Below the pieces are notes generated by a model that made no database searches, was not told where the DNA came from, and was given only the letters and a program-made list of their open reading frames with translations. Positions 59,372-64,000 of a stretch of DNA of 64,000 nucleotides are shown piece by piece. Each line of letters begins with the position of its first letter. Position 1 is the first letter of the stretch. Where the stretch lies: assembly GCA_045559735.1 (NCBI GenBank), contig JBJLJN010000014.1, positions 15,451 through 79,450 on the forward strand, read 5' to 3'. This stretch comes from Candidatus Thalassarchaeum sp. GTDB taxonomy: Archaea; Thermoplasmatota; Poseidoniia; Poseidoniales; Thalassarchaeaceae. The position numbers and the translations under genes were made by a program.

Positions 59372-62300
59372 TCATGCTTCGATTAACTCGTCAGATGGGG
59401 CATCGCAGTGCAAGCAGTTGCCCATTGAAACTACATCGCATCCATCTACCTGTCCAGCTTTGTGATATCTAGCACCGCACTCAGAGCAGGCCCAAGCCTC
59501 TCCAATCATTACATCTCCGCTGCAAATCCAGCAGGGGATGCCGCTAGTCTCCTTCTCTTCATTTTCAGTCAGTCCAAGAGAGTCTGCTATTCGATTCAGA
59601 GAATCAGAGCTCACTAAGCTTGACGGGTCGTCCCTGCGCGAGTAGAGGAATGCACCACCGGCAATCAGCGTGATGACAACTAAGGCGATTAACAGCATCT
59701 CAAGGGTTGAGGTGTCGTCCGCTAAAACAGCTGGAAGGACATCGATTTCCAGAGATGTCGAAGAGTCCTCAATGATGCCTTGAGCATCGGCGATGCTAAC
59801 GATTAGAGTTCCATCGCTTCCTGAATCTGGAGTGAAGCCTACCTGTAGAGTTCTGATTTCTCCTGGCATCAAATTCAGTACAATGCCATCAAGAATCAAC
59901 GGGTTCCATCCATCAGGGCCTGTGACCTGTAAGATGTCCGAGATCTGGGAGTTCCCAGTATTCTCAAGCTCAATCTGCAGGGTCACTGGGTATCCCTCAT
60001 GTGCTGTAGCTTGGGAGATTATTCTCCAAGCGACTCTGTCTACTTGCTCTACCACCAGAGAGATAGGATAGCTGATTACAACTCCCTCTCCTTCCATTAC
60101 CAGTCTGATTACTGGCTCGGTCCCAGCCTCGGCAGACAGGGGGATGATGACTGTGCACCAAATGGTATAGCTTGCCCCAGAAGCTATGGTTGAAGGTGCT
60201 GTGCATGATGATTCCCAATCCTCATCGGGTACCTCGATGTAAGTCTCAGGCCTCCAGGTAGTGGACCCGGCGTTCGATATGGTCCAAGCGAGATCGAACC
60301 CGAGACCACCGACGGGGTGACTAGACACGCCTAGAGGGTGATCTGCAGAGGTCCCATCTGGTAGAGCAATTTGATAGAAATCCAATACCGGAATTGCTCC
60401 CGACAGAACATTAAGAGTCCTGTTCCAGTCGAATGAGAACCCATCCTCAGTGGCGAATCGAATCTCCAGCTCACCGCTAACCGCAGCTCCATTCCCTTCG
60501 AGGATGAGCTGGACCGTAGTAGATTCACCTGCAGAGACAATCACAGAATCGAGACCATCAGTCACAGACCAACCTCCTGGGATGCTCCTGAGGTATGGTT
60601 GCAAGTCGAGCATCCGGTTCCCATGGTTGGCAATCTCGAGATCTATCTGCAATGCGGCATCTGGGGCTACCTCCTGTTCTGCCCCTCCCGAAGAAGGGGT
60701 GGTGCTAACCTCGTCTATGCCCATGACGACCAGAGAGATGTCTTCACTCCAAGAATCGGCGCTGACCCGAGAGTGGATGGTGAGAGCAGCCTCGAATGTG
60801 TTGCCGGCGGGAATCATGGCTCCAGGAGGATTGATTGTGATGTCTATCGGCTTGCCTGCATCTTTTGCGAGCGTCCCTGTGGATCCATGGGATGATCCGG
60901 CGAAGGTACCAAGGGAATCCAAGCCAAGATGCCAGCCTGAAGGGGAAGCCAGTTCGACATCATAGCCCTGAGCTCCATTGCCCTCATTGAAGACTAGAAT
61001 CTGTATTTGAGTTGGTTCCAGAGGGCTTACTAGGAACTGCTGTCCGGGCATGACGATATCCACTCCTGCTAGAATGGGCACGTCGAAGTACAGCGTTAGT
61101 TCTGAGCTCACATTGTTCTCGATATCAGTGCCTGTAACCAGCATCCTGTAGAGCCCCGGTGGAGGCGGAGCTGGATGAATCATGGTCAGGCTAACTTCCT
61201 CGGTCTCAGCAGGGTCCAAATTGAAAGTGTTCGAGGTGAATGAAGTAAACCAATCATACTCCACCCCGTCCTGCACTCTGACAGGATCTGTAATCTCAAT
61301 AGTGGCATTGGTCTCTAATAGAGCAGTGTTCATCATAGACAAAACCCAAGTTGTGGAGCTGTCAGATGTATCAGACAGGGTCTTGGTCTCTTGAGGTGTG
61401 GAAACTCTGACACCTGGAATGCTGACTACTACTGTCTGCGATAGGTAGTTGTTTGATTCAGATGATTCCTCGACCAATCCACTTGGATCTATATGGAAGG
61501 TTAACTCTACCTCTCCCTCCTGCGATGGGGTCCAGTTCCATTCCAATTCCGTCGATTCACCCGGAGACATGCTTAGCTGCTGCATACCCAGAAGATCGGA
61601 ATCAGCCCTAGCAATCACAGAAAGATCCGCCACCGAACCGGCTCCCTGATTCTTGACGACGACGGATAAGTCCACATCCTCACCTACCTGAGGTATAGGA
61701 GTGGAAATCTCAAAGGAATCCTGCACGAATGTCGGGTCGGGTGTCAAATCGTTGACGTTGACACCTCGTACTGCCAGTGAATATGGTTGCCAACTTCTTC
61801 CTCCCCCATGCTGGGCGTCCCTGACTCTGACTGTCCAAGTCCCTGTAGCCGCACTGTCGATGAGAACGACCTCGACGTTGTTGGAAGAATCCTTGGTCCC
61901 TCCAGTGACTGAGCGTCCATTAACGAAGGCATTGCCCATGTAGGAGAGTTGTCCGTTAGGGGAAATCACCTCTAAGTCGAGATCGTTTCGCAACTGCGTG
62001 GATGAGGATGTTGAGCCTGGATAGTCCGACCAAGTCAAAACCACCTTCAGTGGCTCGCCCGCCCTAGTCACATCGAAACTGTAATCGCTGACCTGGCCGC
62101 TTGATAATCTGGTTCTGTCATCGACGAAGATTCCGACGTCATCATCTGGAATCAGAGAATTGGCGAGATTCAGCCTACCCCATCCCTCATCATCGTTAGG
62201 AATGTCCCGGGTCCCCATGTCCTGAGCCCCTAGTATCAGCAGCCCCTTGATCATAGAACCTTGAGGTGCGGGTCTGCTAATTACCTCCATCAGGTACTCT

Positions 62301-63853
62301 CGGACAAGAGTCGCGGCTCCGGCTGCAGCAGGTGTTGCCATCGAGGTGCCGCTGTACTCTAGGTACCAATTATTGCTCCAAGATCCTTGAGCGCTGCTGG
62401 CCTCCTGAGATTTACACGACCTGACATAGTCGCCGGGAGCTACTATGTCGGGCTTGATTCTGCCATCGTCGGTCGGACCGCGGCTGCTCCAGTAGTACAT
62501 CTCATCGGGGGCCCCACTGTAGCGATTCTTGTGTCCGCCAACTGTAATCACATTCTTCGCAGTACCCGGAGGAGATACACCTGAATCACGATCATTTCCA
62601 GCAGCGAATAACACTGTCATTCCTTCATATGTCCAGTATTGGTCCCATGTCGAAGTCCTATCGTCTGCATCTTCTGACTGGGTCGAATATCCTCCTCCTC
62701 CAGAGCCTGATCCCCAACTGTTGGTGTGTAATCTAGCTCCTCCGTTGTAAGCCGAATTGAGCATGCTGTTGATTCCATAGCTGTACAACTGACCGGTGTC
62801 GTCATCCTCCATCGCTTGGAAGTACAATTCTGCCTCAGGTGCGACACCTTGGTAGGTCCCACCGCTACGGGAGCCGTCTCCGAGGACCGTACAGGCTACG
62901 TGGGTGCCGTGTCCATCACTGAGGTCAGCGGTTGAGGAGTCACCCGGCGTCACAGATGTCAGTGTCGCCACTCTGCCAGTGAAGTCGCCGTGATCGTCAT
63001 CCAGACCGGAATCACCGACTGCAATCTTCTGTCCGCTGCCATTTAGACCTGTGATGAATGTCGTCTCAACTGCGTTGATTCCCATGTTGTTCCTAGCTTG
63101 GTCGTTGTGCAATACCAAAACTGGCATGGGGGCGATGTATGCAACGGATGGATGTCTGATGATGTCCTCAAGGTGCTGAGTCTGGATGGAACCCCAGAGC
63201 CTGCCTTGCTCAGGCGACCAAGGATCGGAAAGCCATAGTGAAGCATCTGCCAGTGAATCCTTGAATCCGAGTCCGGGTTGATTGTGTCTAACAAGATCGT
63301 TGTCCTTCCAACCTACGACCTCGACCATCATCTCCCTCTGATCTGTAACCATCCTCAGATCAGGATGGGTGAGCAGTCCGAAGGGGACCTCGTGCACTGC
63401 CAATATCTCCTGAAGACCAGTAATGGATTGCAGGGTCTCGGGTTGGGCCTGAATCAGGAAGCCGGAAGGAGGGATAGTGGATCTGATTTCTACATCAAAG
63501 GCGTCCATTATCGCCTGTCTCGCGTCCCAAAGTCCAGTCTGCCCATCTACTATTGCGATAGCCAGATCGCCTCTATATTCAGCCATACTCGCGCTCATCT
63601 CAGTGCTGGGCAGCAATCCTAACTCAGTGTAGACTCCTATGCTGGAATCCGCACGATTGGCACGCAGGTCCTCGAAGCCATTCGATATCACGGGTGCACC
63701 GAGATCCTGTATGCTGTTTGGATCGGGTGAAATCTCGACTTTTTCATAGCTGGCAGGTAGCAATGCCTCATTGCCAGAAGAGGTGTCATGAGACAACGGC
63801 GAGTAAGAGAGCAGTAGAACACCGAGAACGAGCACTACTGAGCGTTTCTGCAT
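59372..63853 (-). CDS. S8 subtilisin-family protease with CARDB/Ig-like repeats, TM anchor and C-terminal Cys/His zinc finger
   Basis: DSG, HGTH, AAGN and GTSMA catalytic motifs; KP-43-like PPGTAKN and DGRIKPD; CARDB-like VEESSESNN; TM; Cys-rich tail. Confidence 0.93.
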   Translation of the reverse strand: MQKRSVVLVLGVLLLSYSPLSHDTSSGNEALLPASYEKVEISPDPNSIQDLGAPVISNGFEDLRANRADSSIGVYTELGLLPSTEMSASMAEYRGDLAIAIVDGQTGLWDARQAIMDAFDVEIRSTIPPSGFLIQAQPETLQSITGLQEILAVHEVPFGLLTHPDLRMVTDQREMMVEVVGWKDNDLVRHNQPGLGFKDSLADASLWLSDPWSPEQGRLWGSIQTQHLEDIIRHPSVAYIAPMPVLVLHNDQARNNMGINAVETTFITGLNGSGQKIAVGDSGLDDDHGDFTGRVATLTSVTPGDSSTADLSDGHGTHVACTVLGDGSRSGGTYQGVAPEAELYFQAMEDDDTGQLYSYGINSMLNSAYNGGARLHTNSWGSGSGGGGYSTQSEDADDRTSTWDQYWTYEGMTVLFAAGNDRDSGVSPPGTAKNVITVGGHKNRYSGAPDEMYYWSSRGPTDDGRIKPDIVAPGDYVRSCKSQEASSAQGSWSNNWYLEYSGTSMATPAAAGAATLVREYLMEVISRPAPQGSMIKGLLILGAQDMGTRDIPNDDEGWGRLNLANSLIPDDDVGIFVDDRTRLSSGQVSDYSFDVTRAGEPLKVVLTWSDYPGSTSSSTQLRNDLDLEVISPNGQLSYMGNAFVNGRSVTGGTKDSSNNVEVVLIDSAATGTWTVRVRDAQHGGGRSWQPYSLAVRGVNVNDLTPDPTFVQDSFEISTPIPQVGEDVDLSVVVKNQGAGSVADLSVIARADSDLLGMQQLSMSPGESTELEWNWTPSQEGEVELTFHIDPSGLVEESSESNNYLSQTVVVSIPGVRVSTPQETKTLSDTSDSSTTWVLSMMNTALLETNATIEITDPVRVQDGVEYDWFTSFTSNTFNLDPAETEEVSLTMIHPAPPPPGLYRMLVTGTDIENNVSSELTLYFDVPILAGVDIVMPGQQFLVSPLEPTQIQILVFNEGNGAQGYDVELASPSGWHLGLDSLGTFAGSSHGSTGTLAKDAGKPIDITINPPGAMIPAGNTFEAALTIHSRVSADSWSEDISLVVMGIDEVSTTPSSGGAEQEVAPDAALQIDLEIANHGNRMLDLQPYLRSIPGGWSVTDGLDSVIVSAGESTTVQLILEGNGAAVSGELEIRFATEDGFSFDWNRTLNVLSGAIPVLDFYQIALPDGTSADHPLGVSSHPVGGLGFDLAWTISNAGSTTWRPETYIEVPDEDWESSCTAPSTIASGASYTIWCTVIIPLSAEAGTEPVIRLVMEGEGVVISYPISLVVEQVDRVAWRIISQATAHEGYPVTLQIELENTGNSQISDILQVTGPDGWNPLILDGIVLNLMPGEIRTLQVGFTPDSGSDGTLIVSIADAQGIIEDSSTSLEIDVLPAVLADDTSTLEMLLIALVVITLIAGGAFLYSRRDDPSSLVSSDSLNRIADSLGLTENEEKETSGIPCWICSGDVMIGEAWACSECGARYHKAGQVDGCDVVSMGNCLHCDAPSDELIEA

Positions 63854-63885
63854 AGGCCTCGCCTGAGCAGACCCGATTTGAGCGT

Positions 63886-63904
63886 ATGGGTTCTACGAAC
63901 CCAT
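63886..63904. repeat. Inverted repeat ATGGGTTC-TAC-GAACCCAT upstream of the S8 protease
   Basis: Perfect 8-bp stem with a 3-nt loop. Confidence 0.7.
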
Positions 63905-64000
63905 GCTGAGTCATCTGTTTAGAGGAAGTGGAAAGAGGACCTGTCGAAGAATAACTGCATTGTCCACTCACCGACATTATGAGTCCATCTCTCGCTCCTA

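Noticed and set aside
1..64000. Numerous 60-200 aa ORFs antisense to or nested in the called genes (e.g. 2..361, 5103..5489, 14358..14894, 42630..43256, 53152..53775)
   Set aside because: Shadow ORFs of well-supported genes, with no recognisable motifs.
1..64000. rRNA, tRNA, CRISPR array, transposase or integrase
   Set aside because: Intergenic gaps are short and show no cloverleaf or repeat-spacer pattern; no ORF has mobile-element motifs. Checked by eye only.
63786..64000. Possible coding sequence at the right edge (track ORF 63786..63977, or a plus-strand ATG at 63979)
   Set aside because: Too little sequence and no motifs; the track ORF overlaps the protease start.

Overview
This is a gene-dense archaeal chromosome segment with many 1-8 nt gene overlaps. 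Gene content (MC1 chromatin protein, CDC48/VAT, aIF-1A-RIO1-KH cluster, Hjc, Lhr, nuoEFG-less complex I, large acidic membrane-anchored secreted hydrolases) fits Marine Group II Euryarchaeota (Ca. Poseidoniales); this is inferred, not searched. Mostly core genes: pyrBI, a ttuA-like thiolase, an aldehyde dehydrogenase, an sdh operon, serS, folC, a leucine-catabolic MCC cluster and nuoA-N. I saw no rRNA, tRNA, CRISPR array or mobile element. Best leads: (1) a 34-aa zinc-finger microprotein missed by the ORF track; (2) a GTCCC-W3-GGGAC inverted repeat upstream of both sdh and nuo, within a wider set of short-loop intergenic hairpins; (3) a mycobacterial-type (type F) SDH anchor; (4) a CDC48-PRC-DUF4350-DUF58-membrane gene run lacking the usual MoxR; (5) a membrane-anchored subtilisin with a cytoplasmic RING-like finger; (6) complex I subunits with large insertions and an apparent ATA start for nuoM; (7) a macrodomain with degenerate ADP-ribose loops beside MC1 and Hjc. 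All family assignments come from reading motifs by eye.
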